Numbered from the stretch's first letter, positions 9,400 to 19,210 are shown. The stretch is DNA of 64,000 nucleotides from an uncultured Chthonomonadaceae bacterium (GCA_963835065.1 CAWIEK010000046.1:64001-128000); one strand, 5' to 3'. Program-made: numbers and translations. Notes: generated by a model from the letters alone, not told the origin.

Positions 9400-9420
9400 C
9401 ATTGGAGGGACTTGTGAAAG

Positions 9421-9720
9421 ATGACGCGGAAATCCAAAAATCCAGAGTCGAATGACGCACAGGCCGAAATAGTAGAGGGTGAAATTGCAGAGATAAAGGT
9501 GAATGGTCACTATACTGTTCGGCTTGACGATGGCATGGTGTTATCGTGCCATCTGTCACGATGGTACTATGGTCGAGATGCAGACTTCACGTTTGTGCGA
9601 TTACAGGTTGGCACTCGCGTCAAGGTCAAGGTACTACCTCATAAGGCTGGTTGGGGGCGAATTATGCCTCCGCAATGGCAGAAGCGCGCAAAGACAATAG
9701 AACCAGATGCAAATACTTGA
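9421..9720 (+). CDS. Divergent IF-1-like (S1/OB-fold) protein (cassette 4)
   Basis: IVEGEIAE..NGHYTVRLDDG..LSCHLS...RLQVGTRVKV...GRI follows the IF-1 pattern; stop lies inside site E. Confidence 0.7.
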   Translation: MTRKSKNPESNDAQAEIVEGEIAEIKVNGHYTVRLDDGMVLSCHLSRWYYGRDADFTFVRLQVGTRVKVKVLPHKAGWGRIMPPQWQKRAKTIEPDANT

Positions 9721-9757
9721 AGAAAGTTTTATACCTGCAACTGAGGATTTTACAGAC
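9707..9757 (+). repeat. Cassette-boundary site E (left half; right half diverged)
   Basis: ATGCAAATACTTGAAGAAAGTTTT-ATACCTGCAACTGAGGATTTTACA-GA-C then departs from consensus. Confidence 0.8.
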
Positions 9758-9903
9758 TACTACACTGCGGTGTAAATATGCAGGTAGTTCTTTTGTCCGT
9801 AGGATAATTGGCCGCAGGCTTACCAACCGGCAAAGAATTTAGATGGTATATGCCGGGGCAACGCGGCAGTATCTTGATAAAGCAGATAAGGCTGAAGACG
9901 AAA

Positions 9904-10668
9904 ATGAACATTGACCTGACGGGCAAAAACGCTCTGATTACGGGCGGCACGAGGGGGATAGGACGCACCATCAGCTTGACGCTGGCGCAGGCGGGGGCGC
10001 GGATTGGCGCGATTTACCGCAGCGACGCGCAGACGGCGGAACAAACGCTTGCCGAACTCCGCGCCCTGCCCGATACGCCCGAACATTTCGCCTTGCAAGC
10101 CGATATTGCGGATGAAACGCAGGCGACTGAGGCGGTGCAGCAGGCGTTGGCGAAATTCGATAACGCGCTGGATGTGTTGGTATTGGATGCGGCGGCGGGC
10201 GCGGGCGGGCCACTCGTCGGCATGACGACGGAGGATTGGAAAAAGCCGTTTGAGGTCAATGTGCATGGCGCGTTTTATGTCGTTCGGGCGGCGGCAAGCG
10301 CCTTGCGTCCGGGCGGCAGTATCATTTTTCTGTCTTCGGGCGCGGGACACGATTATCTGGAAGGCTTGTCGGCGTATGGCGCGAGCAAGGCGGCGGTCAA
10401 TCATATAGCGGGAATTCTGGCGCAGGAACTTGGACCAAAAGGCATCCGCGTCAACGTTGTCAGCCCCGGCCACACCCACAAGGACGGCCCAAACCCGAAC
10501 GCCGACCCCGCCGCGTACACCGCCTCACAGCGCAACATTGCCGACACAACCGCGCTGCGACGATTGGGAACCGCGCAGGATGTGGCAAACGTCGTGCTGT
10601 TCTTTGCCAGTGACCTATCCGGGTTTGTCACGGGGCAATGGCTGCGTGTCAATGGCGGACGTATCTAA
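9904..10668 (+). CDS. SDR family NAD(P)-dependent oxidoreductase
   Basis: TGGTRGIG, YGASK, IRVNVVSPG and VTGQWLRVNGG motifs. Confidence 0.92.
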   Translation: MNIDLTGKNALITGGTRGIGRTISLTLAQAGARIGAIYRSDAQTAEQTLAELRALPDTPEHFALQADIADETQATEAVQQALAKFDNALDVLVLDAAAGAGGPLVGMTTEDWKKPFEVNVHGAFYVVRAAASALRPGGSIIFLSSGAGHDYLEGLSAYGASKAAVNHIAGILAQELGPKGIRVNVVSPGHTHKDGPNPNADPAAYTASQRNIADTTALRRLGTAQDVANVVLFFASDLSGFVTGQWLRVNGGRI

Positions 10669-10696
10669 ACCCCCGCGCTAAAAGTTTCTCCCAATT

Positions 10697-10836
10697 GGCC
10701 GGGTACTGAAAGTACCCGGCAGGAAAGGTCAAGCGTCCTGCGGACGCGGGAATCTTGCATGTAGAAGATCGCGTCCGAAGGACGTTTGTTTTTTGTTGCC
10801 GGGTACTGAAAGTACCCGGCACTGTCCTGCGGACGC
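10697..10836. repeat. REP/BIME-like palindromic element between convergent genes
   Basis: Two GCCGGGTACTGAAAGTACCCGGC hairpins with GTCCTGCGGAC / GTCCGAAGGAC submotifs. Confidence 0.85.
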
Positions 10837-10874
10837 AAATGCCGCGCCTCTTGGAGAGGTTCTAAGCGCCTATC

Positions 10875-12149
10875 TTATTTGCCTTGCGCGGCGTTGTCGG
10901 GCGTGAGCAGATAAATGTGAAGCGCGTTGTTGATGCGGCCTGTTCCGACGATCTGGCCCTGATCGTTGATGGCGCTTGCCGCATACAGCACCCAACCGGA
11001 GTTGGTCGCAATCAGCCCGTTGAGGTTCTGCATCACGCCATTGCGCGGGCGTACAAAGCCGAGATCATAAGCGCCGTTACCATCCGCTGTAGACCCGCCT
11101 ACAATGTCGCCCTGTGTGTTGACGCCAAGCGCAATCGCATGATTGCCGTTGGGCAGCGTACCTAAATCGGTCAGCTTGCCGTTCTGCCACATAACCGCGT
11201 GCTGCTGATAAGTCGGAGTGTCGAGGGGCGCTGTCGCCGACGCGCCGACAATCAAGCCGTTGTTGTTAATGCCGTAAGCGCCGCTGAACGTTCCGCCAAG
11301 CGAAGGCAGGGGAGTGATGACGCCCTGATTGGTCGTGAAGGCGATCAGGGTCGGGGCGGTGACGGCGTTGGCGCGGCCTGCAATCTGGCCGCTGTCATTG
11401 ATGGCGTAAGGAGTGGTGAGAAAACCCTCCATTATGCCTAAATCGCTCATTTTGCCGTTTTGGTAAAGGAACATGTGCGAAGTGGAAGACGAATCCGCGC
11501 CGGCAGGAGGGTTAGTTCCCGTCGCCTGCGTGTCGGAAATGCCGACAATCTGGCCGGTGTTGTTCAGCGCGTACGCCACGCTGGAAGGGCCACCTAACGT
11601 ACCCAAATCCGTCGCTTTGCCCTGTCCGTACAAGCAGGCATGGAGGCCACTGTCACCGGGAAGCGTGGAAGCCCCCGCCGCCTGCCCGGAAGCGTTGACG
11701 CCGAAGCCGTAACTCAGCGAACCGCCCAGCGTTGGAAGCGTCGTCCTGTTTCCCGCCTGGTACAGCACCGCCTGCGCCTGCGTTGGCTGCTGGTCGAAGA
11801 CGTCACCCGCAGTGATAACCACCTGCCCGGCGTTGTTGATGGACGCGCCGTGTAAATCATTGAGCGCGCTGCCCAGGTCCGCCACCGTAATGGCCCTGCT
11901 GCGCGGCAGGAGGCCGTTCGGGCTGAAAGCCGCGCGGGTTTGCGCCGTGCCTGCCGACAAGCGTGGAAGCGGGAAAGCGGATTTCGACGCCGTGTTGGAA
12001 GCAGACGGCAGTGCGCCAAGATCGGTCAGCGTGTAGTGCAGACTCTTTGTGGCAGAAAACCCTGCCCCCATGTCGCCGCCCCCGCTTCCGCCACACCCCG
12101 CAAGAACGCTTAATCCTAGTAAAACCGGCAGTTTGTGTACAATTCGCAT
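10875..12149 (-). CDS. Extracellular HAF-repeat lipoprotein
   Basis: Lipobox LAGC; repeated TDLGTLGG..S.AYALN..GQIVG units. Confidence 0.85.
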   Translation of the reverse strand: MRIVHKLPVLLGLSVLAGCGGSGGGDMGAGFSATKSLHYTLTDLGALPSASNTASKSAFPLPRLSAGTAQTRAAFSPNGLLPRSRAITVADLGSALNDLHGASINNAGQVVITAGDVFDQQPTQAQAVLYQAGNRTTLPTLGGSLSYGFGVNASGQAAGASTLPGDSGLHACLYGQGKATDLGTLGGPSSVAYALNNTGQIVGISDTQATGTNPPAGADSSSTSHMFLYQNGKMSDLGIMEGFLTTPYAINDSGQIAGRANAVTAPTLIAFTTNQGVITPLPSLGGTFSGAYGINNNGLIVGASATAPLDTPTYQQHAVMWQNGKLTDLGTLPNGNHAIALGVNTQGDIVGGSTADGNGAYDLGFVRPRNGVMQNLNGLIATNSGWVLYAASAINDQGQIVGTGRINNALHIYLLTPDNAAQGK

Positions 12150-12319
12150 CTCAAGACTTTCCTTTCAAGCATCAGGGGGATGTTGAGGGGGGCAATCACC
12201 TTACAACGATGTTCTATTCGCCTGCTTTCCTACGAATTCCTGCACAATTAAAAAATATTTACGGAATCGCCCGCCCGCCACCAGCCACCAACCGCCAGCC
12301 ACTTGCGCAGGGAGCGTAC

Positions 12320-12348
12320 TTGCAATTTCACTGTCCGTGTGATATACT
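12320..12348 (+). promoter_or_regulatory. Sigma70-type promoter of the nusA operon
   Basis: TTGCAA-17 nt-TATACT with TG extended -10. Confidence 0.7.
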
Positions 12349-12374
12349 TCCTATACATGGAAACGTCGCCCGAC

Positions 12375-12400
12375 AAAGAGTGGGTTCTGCCCGCTCTTTT
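12375..12400 (+). promoter_or_regulatory. Leader hairpin/attenuator upstream of nusA
   Basis: AAAGAGTGGG-TTCTG-CCCGCTCTTTT, resembling the GAGTGGG...CCCACTC hairpin often found before rimP-nusA. Confidence 0.6.
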
Positions 12401-12433
12401 GCTTTATCAGGGGTAACATGCGGGGAGAGATGC

Positions 12434-13690
12434 ATGAGTGGTGAATTTCTGGAAGCCTTACAGCAGATTGCCAAAGAGAAAGATATACCGCTTGACACGC
12501 TGATTGAAACAGTCGAGTCCGCGCTGGCGACCGCTTACAAAAAGAACAATCCCGTGCCCGGCGAGGTGAAAGTCAGCATTGACAGCAGCCGCGCTTCCAC
12601 TACGCCGTTCAAAGTGTATTCGGAAAAAGTCGTTGTCGAGGAAGTGACCAACGATTACAACGAGATCAGCCTGGCCGATGCCCGCAAGCACGACCCGAAC
12701 ATTCTGGTGGGCGAAGTGCTGGCGCTGGACGTGAAGCAGGGGGATTTTGGCCGGATTGCCGCGCAGACCGCCAAGCAGGTTGTCGTGCAGCGCATCCGCG
12801 AAGCCGAGCGCCGCAAGGTGCTGGACGAATATTCGGAAAAGCAGGGCGAGGTTGTCACGGGCATGGTATCGCGGCGCGAGGGGCGCACCGTGATCATCGG
12901 CATGGGCAAAATAGAAGCCCTGCTGCCCGCCCAAGAGCAGGTGGAAAGCGAACCCTACCGCATCAATGACCGTATAAAGATATATGTGCTGGAAGTGCGC
13001 GACACCAACAAAGGCCCGCAAGTGGTCGTTTCGCGGACACATCCGAGCCTGATTCGGCGCTTGTTTGAATTGGAAGTGCCGGAAATCGCGGACGGCGTTG
13101 TGACGATTAAGAGCGTAGCCCGCGAACCCGGCGCGCGCTCCAAAATCGCCGTGACCAGTCGCGATGAAAAGGTAGACCCGGTAGGCGCGTGCGTGGGGCA
13201 TCGGGGCAGCCGCGTACAGGCCGTTGTCAATGAGCTTTACGACGAAAAGATTGACATCGTGCGCTGGAACGCGGATATGGCAACCTTTATCGGGGAATCC
13301 CTGTCACCTGCCAAAGCCGTGAAAGTCACGGTCAAGGACGATGACAAAAGCGCGTTTGTGGTTGTGCCGGACAATCAGTTGTCGCTTGCCATCGGCAAGG
13401 CCGGCCAGAACGTGCGCCTCGCCGCCCGCTTGACAGGCTGGCGCATTGACATACGCAGCGAGTCGCAAGTGGCCCGCGCCACGTTCATGAAAATGACCGA
13501 GGCCGACGAAGAGGAAGAAGCCGTAACCATCGGCGACAAATCTTCCGATAGTAAGGCGGATACGCATAAGGAAAAAATCGTGATTGGCCGCCCTGCCACC
13601 GATAAGGCGGACAATCTTTCCGAGGAACCCATCGGCACGGCGCACACGGACGCTTCCGAAACTGCCGCCAGTGAGGATTTGTTGATTTAG
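12434..13690 (+). CDS. nusA: Transcription termination factor NusA
   Basis: FGRIAAQTAKQV, AREPGARSKIAV and LSLAIGKAGQNVRLAARLTGW; start placed at ATG 12434. Confidence 0.97.
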   Translation: MSGEFLEALQQIAKEKDIPLDTLIETVESALATAYKKNNPVPGEVKVSIDSSRASTTPFKVYSEKVVVEEVTNDYNEISLADARKHDPNILVGEVLALDVKQGDFGRIAAQTAKQVVVQRIREAERRKVLDEYSEKQGEVVTGMVSRREGRTVIIGMGKIEALLPAQEQVESEPYRINDRIKIYVLEVRDTNKGPQVVVSRTHPSLIRRLFELEVPEIADGVVTIKSVAREPGARSKIAVTSRDEKVDPVGACVGHRGSRVQAVVNELYDEKIDIVRWNADMATFIGESLSPAKAVKVTVKDDDKSAFVVVPDNQLSLAIGKAGQNVRLAARLTGWRIDIRSESQVARATFMKMTEADEEEEAVTIGDKSSDSKADTHKEKIVIGRPATDKADNLSEEPIGTAHTDASETAASEDLLI

Positions 13691-13913
13691 GGAAAAGTTT
13701 CCCGGAGTACGACGCGGTTGAAACGATCATGAAGACAATGGAAACGTCTGATTTGCAGTTCTGCCATGCGCCCGGTTTGACCCGGCGCGGCGGAAATGTG
13801 CTGCACGGCGTGGAAAATAGGGGAGTGGCTATGATGTAGTCGCCTGCTGCCGTTTGTACTCGTGTACGCGCCCTGCGTCACGCCTGCAACCGGCACAAGT
13901 TTGCGCCTGCTTC

Positions 13914-13942
13914 AGCCGCCGCATCCCCGCGTCGGCTTTTTT
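13914..13942 (+). terminator. Possible intrinsic terminator in the nusA-ylxR spacer
   Basis: AGCCGCCGC...GCGTCGGCT followed by a T run. Confidence 0.45.
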
Positions 13943-13959
13943 CATGTCAGGTTTGGTTG

Positions 13960-14062
13960 GGTATTCAGGTGTTCAGGAAGTACGAAAGTACCGAAGTTTA
14001 CTTTGGCATGGCAAGTCTCAGCCTAATACCTGAATACCCGAACACCTGAATACCTGAACACC
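13960..14062. repeat. Tandem-octamer hairpin element GGTRTTCA / TGAAYACC
   Basis: Inverted arms seen directly. Confidence 0.8.
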
Positions 14063-14074
14063 GACCATAAACCT

Positions 14075-14440
14075 ATGAAACCCAAGCACACGCCCATACG
14101 CACCTGCGTTGCCTGCCGCGAAACAGATGAGAAACGCGACTTGCTGCGCATTGTGCGGCAACCCGATGGAATGCTCCGCTATGACCCGAAAGGCAAACTG
14201 TCGGGGCGGGGCGCCTACCTTTGCGCGCGGACAAGCTGCATTACGCTGGCCCGCAAGCAAAAAAAGCTGGAACGCTCGCTCAAAGTGAGCGGCGTCCCGG
14301 CAACCCTGTTCGATGAACTCAACGCACAGGTTGCATTAAACCCTTCGCCGGAAACCATAGCATCCACGCTGCCCCTTCCCACAGCCCCGGCTGAACCGGA
14401 AGGCGCAGATGCCGAAGCGCCATCTGAATTAGGAACTTGA
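14075..14440 (+). CDS. ylxR: YlxR/DUF448 family protein
   Basis: PIRTCVACR...LLRIVR...GRGAYLC motifs; operon position. Confidence 0.9.
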   Translation: MKPKHTPIRTCVACRETDEKRDLLRIVRQPDGMLRYDPKGKLSGRGAYLCARTSCITLARKQKKLERSLKVSGVPATLFDELNAQVALNPSPETIASTLPLPTAPAEPEGADAEAPSELGT

Positions 14441-14567
14441 AACTGAAGTTGTAATTTGAGAAGGACGGCGTTTCACGACCCGAGGAGCGAACCCAATGTA
14501 GCCATATACCAGCCGGTCTGAGACCGGACGCGGCGCGAACGCCGCAGGAAAGCGAGGCCAACAAGGC

Positions 14568-16550
14568 ATGACAGCGATTGCAGGAGTACGTGTTAGCGAT
14601 TTAGCGAGAGAACTGAAAAAGACGCCCGCCGAGATGATGGGCGACTTGACCGATTTGGGCGTGAAAGCGTCCGGGACGAACGCGACCATTGACCTGGAAA
14701 CGGCCAACATGGTGCGCGAAATGCTGGGCAAAGTCGCGCCAACGGGCAAAGTGGCCGAGGTGGGGCCGAACGCGACAGTAAAAGAAATCGCCGAGGCGAT
14801 GGGTGTCGAGCCGACCGTCGCGGTGAAAAAATTGATGGATATGGGCCAGTTGATTGCGCCCAATCAGCGCTTGAAGCCCGAACTTGCGGGCAAACTGGCA
14901 GCCTCGTTCGGCTTCACGCTGGCTCCCAAAATGGAAAAACCGGCGACGCCGAGCGCGCCCGCCGCGCCGGTCGCGCCCAAGCCCGCGCCCAAGCCGAAAC
15001 CATTGGCCGGAGCTATGCAGCCGCGCCCGCCCGTCGTCACCATCATGGGACACGTAGATCACGGCAAAACGTCGCTGCTGGACGCCATTCGCAAGACCCA
15101 TGTGGTCGCAGGCGAGCATGGCGGCATCACGCAGCACATCGGCGCGTATCAGGTGGAAGTGGAGCATAACGGCGCGAAGCGGAAAATTACGTTTCTGGAC
15201 ACGCCCGGCCACGCCGCGTTTACCGAGATGCGGGCGCGCGGAGCCAGCGTGACCGACATCGTGATTCTGGTGGTGGCGGCGGACGACGGCATCATGCCGC
15301 AGACGGTGGAAGCGATCAACCACGCGCTTGCCGCCAAAGTGCCCATCATTGTCGCCATGAACAAGATGGACAAGCCCGACGCCAAGCCGGATCGCATCAA
15401 GCAGCAACTGACCGAACACAATCTGGTTGTGGAAGATTACGGCGGGGATGTGGTTGCCGTGCCTGTGTCGGCAAAAGACGGCAGCGGCCTGAATGACCTG
15501 CTGGAATACATTCTGCTCGTGGCGGAAGTGCAGGAACTGAAAGCCGATCCGAGCGGCCCGGCGATGGGCGCGATTGTGGAAGCGAAAGTGCAGCCCGGAC
15601 GCGGCCCGGTGGCGACGATTCTGGTGCAGTCGGGTACGCTGCGCGTTGGAGATAATATAGTCGCCGGTTCCACGTTCGGCAAAGTGCGCGCCATGACCAA
15701 TGAGCGCGGCGAGCGCCTGCTGAAAGCCACGCCCGCAACGCCCGTCGAGGTCATCGGCCTGAACGGTACGCCCAACGCGGGCGATAAGGTGGAAGTCGCC
15801 AAAAACGAGAAAGAAGCGCGAAGCCAAAGCGATACTAAAATGCAGGAGCAGCGCGACACGCGCCTGAGCGGTACAATCAAGCGGCTGACGCTTGCGGATT
15901 ATGCGCGGGCATCCGCTCTGGTGACGATCAAAGACCTCAATCTCGTCGTCAAGGGCGACGTGCAGGGCAGCGTGGAAGCCGTTGTCGGGCAACTGCACAA
16001 GCTGGAAGAAAACAAGACCGAAGCCGAGGTGCGCCTGAACATCAAGTACAGCGACGTGGGCAACATCACCGACTCGGACGTGCTGTACGCGGAAACCACC
16101 GGCTCGATCATCATCGGCTTCAACGTGCGCGTGGAAGTGGCGGCGCAAAAAACGGCGGATCGCGATGGCGTGGACATTCGCCTGTACAACATCATCTACG
16201 ACCTGACCGAAGACATGGACAAGGCCATGAAGGGCCTGCTCACGCCCATCTACGAGCCGGCGGCGTTGGGCAAAGCCGAAGTGCGGCAGTTGTTCCGAAC
16301 GCCGAAGGGCATTGTCATTGCGGGCAGCTTCGTCACGGAAGGCAAATTGCAGCGCGGAACGGAAGTCAACGTCCGGCGCGGCAAGGACATTATCTTCACG
16401 GGCAAAATTGACACCCTGCGCCGCGTAAAAGACGACGTGCGCGAGGTGGCCCAAGGCTACGAGTGCGGCGTGGTGCTTCAAGACTTCACGGATGCCAAGG
16501 AAGGCGACATTCTGGAGTGCTTTGAAATGCGGCAGGTCGCCCGGTACTAA
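14568..16550 (+). CDS. infB: Translation initiation factor IF-2
   Basis: [32 protein letters not shown] and GYECG motifs. Confidence 0.98.
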   Translation: MTAIAGVRVSDLARELKKTPAEMMGDLTDLGVKASGTNATIDLETANMVREMLGKVAPTGKVAEVGPNATVKEIAEAMGVEPTVAVKKLMDMGQLIAPNQRLKPELAGKLAASFGFTLAPKMEKPATPSAPAAPVAPKPAPKPKPLAGAMQPRPPVVTIMGHVDHGKTSLLDAIRKTHVVAGEHGGITQHIGAYQVEVEHNGAKRKITFLDTPGHAAFTEMRARGASVTDIVILVVAADDGIMPQTVEAINHALAAKVPIIVAMNKMDKPDAKPDRIKQQLTEHNLVVEDYGGDVVAVPVSAKDGSGLNDLLEYILLVAEVQELKADPSGPAMGAIVEAKVQPGRGPVATILVQSGTLRVGDNIVAGSTFGKVRAMTNERGERLLKATPATPVEVIGLNGTPNAGDKVEVAKNEKEARSQSDTKMQEQRDTRLSGTIKRLTLADYARASALVTIKDLNLVVKGDVQGSVEAVVGQLHKLEENKTEAEVRLNIKYSDVGNITDSDVLYAETTGSIIIGFNVRVEVAAQKTADRDGVDIRLYNIIYDLTEDMDKAMKGLLTPIYEPAALGKAEVRQLFRTPKGIVIAGSFVTEGKLQRGTEVNVRRGKDIIFTGKIDTLRRVKDDVREVAQGYECGVVLQDFTDAKEGDILECFEMRQVARY

Positions 16551-16553
16551 AAA

Positions 16554-16687
16554 GTTGATAGTTGATAGTTCATAGTTGATAGTCATGCGCTGTTTGCTAA
16601 CTCCTGCGTTCTGAATGTTCGCTATTTCAGCGAGAGCAGCATGTATTCGACTACCAACTATTAACTATCAACTATCAACTATCAACT
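16554..16687. repeat. Tandem-heptamer hairpin (GTTGATA)n ... (TATCAAC)n
   Basis: Inverted arms seen directly. Confidence 0.9.
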
Positions 16688-16690
16688 TCT

Positions 16691-16972
16691 ATGCACATCG
16701 GAACCCTTACCATTGTCGCGCGGATGCGCGATACAGAGTCGCTGAAAGACAAGCGGCAGATTATCAAGAGCGTGATTGAAACCACGCGCCAGAAGTTCAA
16801 CATCTCGATTGCCGAGGTGGACGATCTGGACCAATGGCGCAAGGCAACGCTGGGCGTGGCCTTCGTGTCCAACGACAAACAGCACGTCAACCGCGTTCTG
16901 GACAAGGTTCTGGACACGCTGGAAAGCAACCCGCTGCTGGACGTGGGCGAAGTGGAGATGGAGATTTTGTGA
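16691..16972 (+). CDS. DUF503 (YlxP) family protein
   Basis: SLKDKRQIIKS...KFNISIAEV..D.W...LGVAFVS; lies between infB and rbfA. Confidence 0.9.
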   Translation: MHIGTLTIVARMRDTESLKDKRQIIKSVIETTRQKFNISIAEVDDLDQWRKATLGVAFVSNDKQHVNRVLDKVLDTLESNPLLDVGEVEMEIL

Positions 16973-17090
16973 GGTTTCAGGTTTCAGGTTTCAGGTTTCA
17001 GGGAAATGCTCGTTCCTTCTCAGCTCTTATTGAAACAAGGCTTAGGAAAGGAGGTATTTGCCTGACACCTGACACCTGAAACCTGAAACC
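16973..17090. repeat. Tandem-heptamer hairpin (GGTTTCA)n ... (CCTGACA/CCTGAAA)n
   Basis: Inverted arms seen directly. Confidence 0.9.
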
Positions 17091-17112
17091 TTCCTAGAAC
17101 GGAACAACAGCC

Positions 17113-17529
17113 ATGAGTGTGCGACAGGAAAAAGTGCAGGAGCAGTTGGTGCAGGAGATCAGCGAGATTATCCGGCGCGATTTGAGCGACCCGCGTTTGG
17201 GGTTTATCACGCTGACGGGCGCGGAAATCTCGCGGGACTTGCGCCATGCCAAAGTGTATATCAGCGTGTTGGGAGATGAGGAATCGCGGAAGCAGAGTTT
17301 GATTGCCTTAAACCGGGCGTCGGGGATGCTGCGGGGCGAGTTTGCGCGGCGGGCGCATCTGCGCATTGCGCCGGAATTGGAGTTCCGGTACGATGATGGG
17401 ATCGAGCGGGGTGCGCGTATTTTCGAACTGCTTCATTCCGTGGAAGGCGATCTGAAGCCCAAGCCGGAGGACGCGGCAGGCGTGGACGATGAAACCGACA
17501 AAGCGTCGGGCGCAGAGGAAACGCATTAG
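17113..17529 (+). CDS. rbfA: 30S ribosome-binding factor A
   Basis: DPRLGFITLT...SRDLRHAKVY...LRIAPELEFRYD. Confidence 0.95.
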   Translation: MSVRQEKVQEQLVQEISEIIRRDLSDPRLGFITLTGAEISRDLRHAKVYISVLGDEESRKQSLIALNRASGMLRGEFARRAHLRIAPELEFRYDDGIERGARIFELLHSVEGDLKPKPEDAAGVDDETDKASGAEETH

Positions 17530-17533
17530 CGCT

Positions 17534-18649
17534 ATGACCCCACCCACGCAGGAACAAACAGCGGCAACGGAAGCGGCAGGCAAAGCAACGACACCAGCAA
17601 TTTCTACATCGGAAGTAACAACGTCGGAAAACGCGATACAACGAGCGCCTTCTGAAGCGAAATCTGACGCGATTGCGGAAGCGGTTCTTGCCATCCGTCA
17701 GGCGCGGCGGATTGTGGTCACAAGTCACGTCAACCCCGACGGTGACGCGCTCGGCTCCGTGCTTGCCATGACGCATATTCTGGACGCGCTTGGCAAGGAC
17801 GTGACGCCGCTCATGGCGGACGGCGTTCCCGACATTTACCGCTGGATGCCTGGCGCGGACAGGATTGTGACGCAGACGGAACGGCGCGATTTCGATCTGG
17901 CGATTGTGTGTGACGCGGGCGCGATTGAGCGCGTAGGCAAGTCGGTACGCCCGGTAGTGGAAGAAACGCTGCTCGTAATGGACATTGACCATCATGTGGC
18001 GGACGGGCCGTTTGGTGATATTCGGATTCTGGACGCGACGGCTTCGGCAACGGCGGAATTGGTATGGCAATTGCTGCTGGCCTTGCAGCCTACAACTGCG
18101 CAAAGTTTGGCGACAAAAGAGATCGCCGACTGCCTGCTGACGGGCATTATCACGGACACCGGCTCCTACCGCTATCCCAATACGACGCCATTCACCTTTG
18201 AATTATCCGCGCAATTGCAGAAATTGGGCGCACAACCCGCCATGATTTCCGAACTGGTGTTTGAAAATCGCAGCTACGCAAGCCTTAAACTGCTTGGACG
18301 CGCCCTCGACTCGCTGCAAACCACGCCGGACGGACAAGTTGCCTGGGCGCATGTGACAACGCAGGATTTCGCCGACACGAAGGGCGAGGACGCGGACACG
18401 GAAGGCATTGTCTCGCATGTTCGGGCGGTGCAGGGCGCCCAAATCGGCATTTTGTTTCGGGAAGTGCCGGATAAAAAGGTTCGCATCAGCCTGCGGGCGC
18501 GCGAGGGCGCAAACGTAAACAAAATCGCCAACGTATTCGGCGGCGGCGGCCACAAACTTGCGGCAGGTTGCTCACTCGATCCCCCACTTGCAGATGTAGA
18601 ACAGCAAGTAATCGCCGAAGCCATGCGACAATTAAATTCAGACAGTTGA
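17534..18649 (+). CDS. nrnA: DHH/DHHA1 bifunctional oligoribonuclease/pAp phosphatase (NrnA family)
   Basis: HVNPDGDALGS, DIDHH, TDTG and GGGGHKLAAG motifs. Confidence 0.88.
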   Translation: MTPPTQEQTAATEAAGKATTPAISTSEVTTSENAIQRAPSEAKSDAIAEAVLAIRQARRIVVTSHVNPDGDALGSVLAMTHILDALGKDVTPLMADGVPDIYRWMPGADRIVTQTERRDFDLAIVCDAGAIERVGKSVRPVVEETLLVMDIDHHVADGPFGDIRILDATASATAELVWQLLLALQPTTAQSLATKEIADCLLTGIITDTGSYRYPNTTPFTFELSAQLQKLGAQPAMISELVFENRSYASLKLLGRALDSLQTTPDGQVAWAHVTTQDFADTKGEDADTEGIVSHVRAVQGAQIGILFREVPDKKVRISLRAREGANVNKIANVFGGGGHKLAAGCSLDPPLADVEQQVIAEAMRQLNSDS

Positions 18650-18650
18650 C

Positions 18651-19181
18651 ATGCACACACGCCGACGTTTGATTTTCAATAGCCTGCTGTTGTGCCTGTG
18701 CGCCGAGTTTGTTGGCGAGGGTATCCGTCTTTATCGCCTGCCGCAACAGGCGCTTGGCGCGGAAACGTTGGCGTTGCTGGATAACGTTCAGAAGGTGGAG
18801 ACATTTCGTTTGAGTTCGGATGTGAAAGACGTGGAGCGTCGGCAAATCAGCGACTATCCACTCAAATACAAAGGCAATGCGCAGGGGCAGGCGTTTGCGC
18901 GTAGGATTGCCAACATACTGCGGAAGCCACAAACATATTGGGGCAGCAACGATACCACCTGTATCGTTGATCCGGGAGTGGCGTATCGGCTGTGGAGCGG
19001 CAGGCGGTGCGTTGAGTTGATGATCTGCTTCCATTGCGGGCAAATGCTGATAGCCACGAAAAACGAAACCGGGCAGGTAACGCATTTCGCTTACACAGAA
19101 TTCGCCTCGGTACGGCCTGAACTGATTGAATTGGCAAAGCAGGCGTTTCCAAACGACGCCGACATTGCAGCCCTCCAATAA
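18651..19181 (+). CDS. Hypothetical protein
   Basis: Tightly spaced, co-oriented ORF; ICFHC motif. Confidence 0.6.
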   Translation: MHTRRRLIFNSLLLCLCAEFVGEGIRLYRLPQQALGAETLALLDNVQKVETFRLSSDVKDVERRQISDYPLKYKGNAQGQAFARRIANILRKPQTYWGSNDTTCIVDPGVAYRLWSGRRCVELMICFHCGQMLIATKNETGQVTHFAYTEFASVRPELIELAKQAFPNDADIAALQ

Positions 19182-19210
19182 CCACTCTTCAACAGGATTA
19201 AACCGGAACA

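Noticed and set aside
6471..9775. CRISPR array or classical integron
   Set aside because: Repeats are ~80-100 bp, degenerate and separated by whole genes; no cas or intI gene; no RYYYAAC/GTTRRRY attC cores.
11963..12433. 157-aa N-terminal extension of NusA
   Set aside because: Overlaps the divergent lipoprotein gene and the promoter; NusA homology starts at ATG 12434.
14601..16586. 661-aa minus-strand ORF
   Set aside because: Antisense shadow of infB in GC-rich, codon-biased sequence; no motifs.
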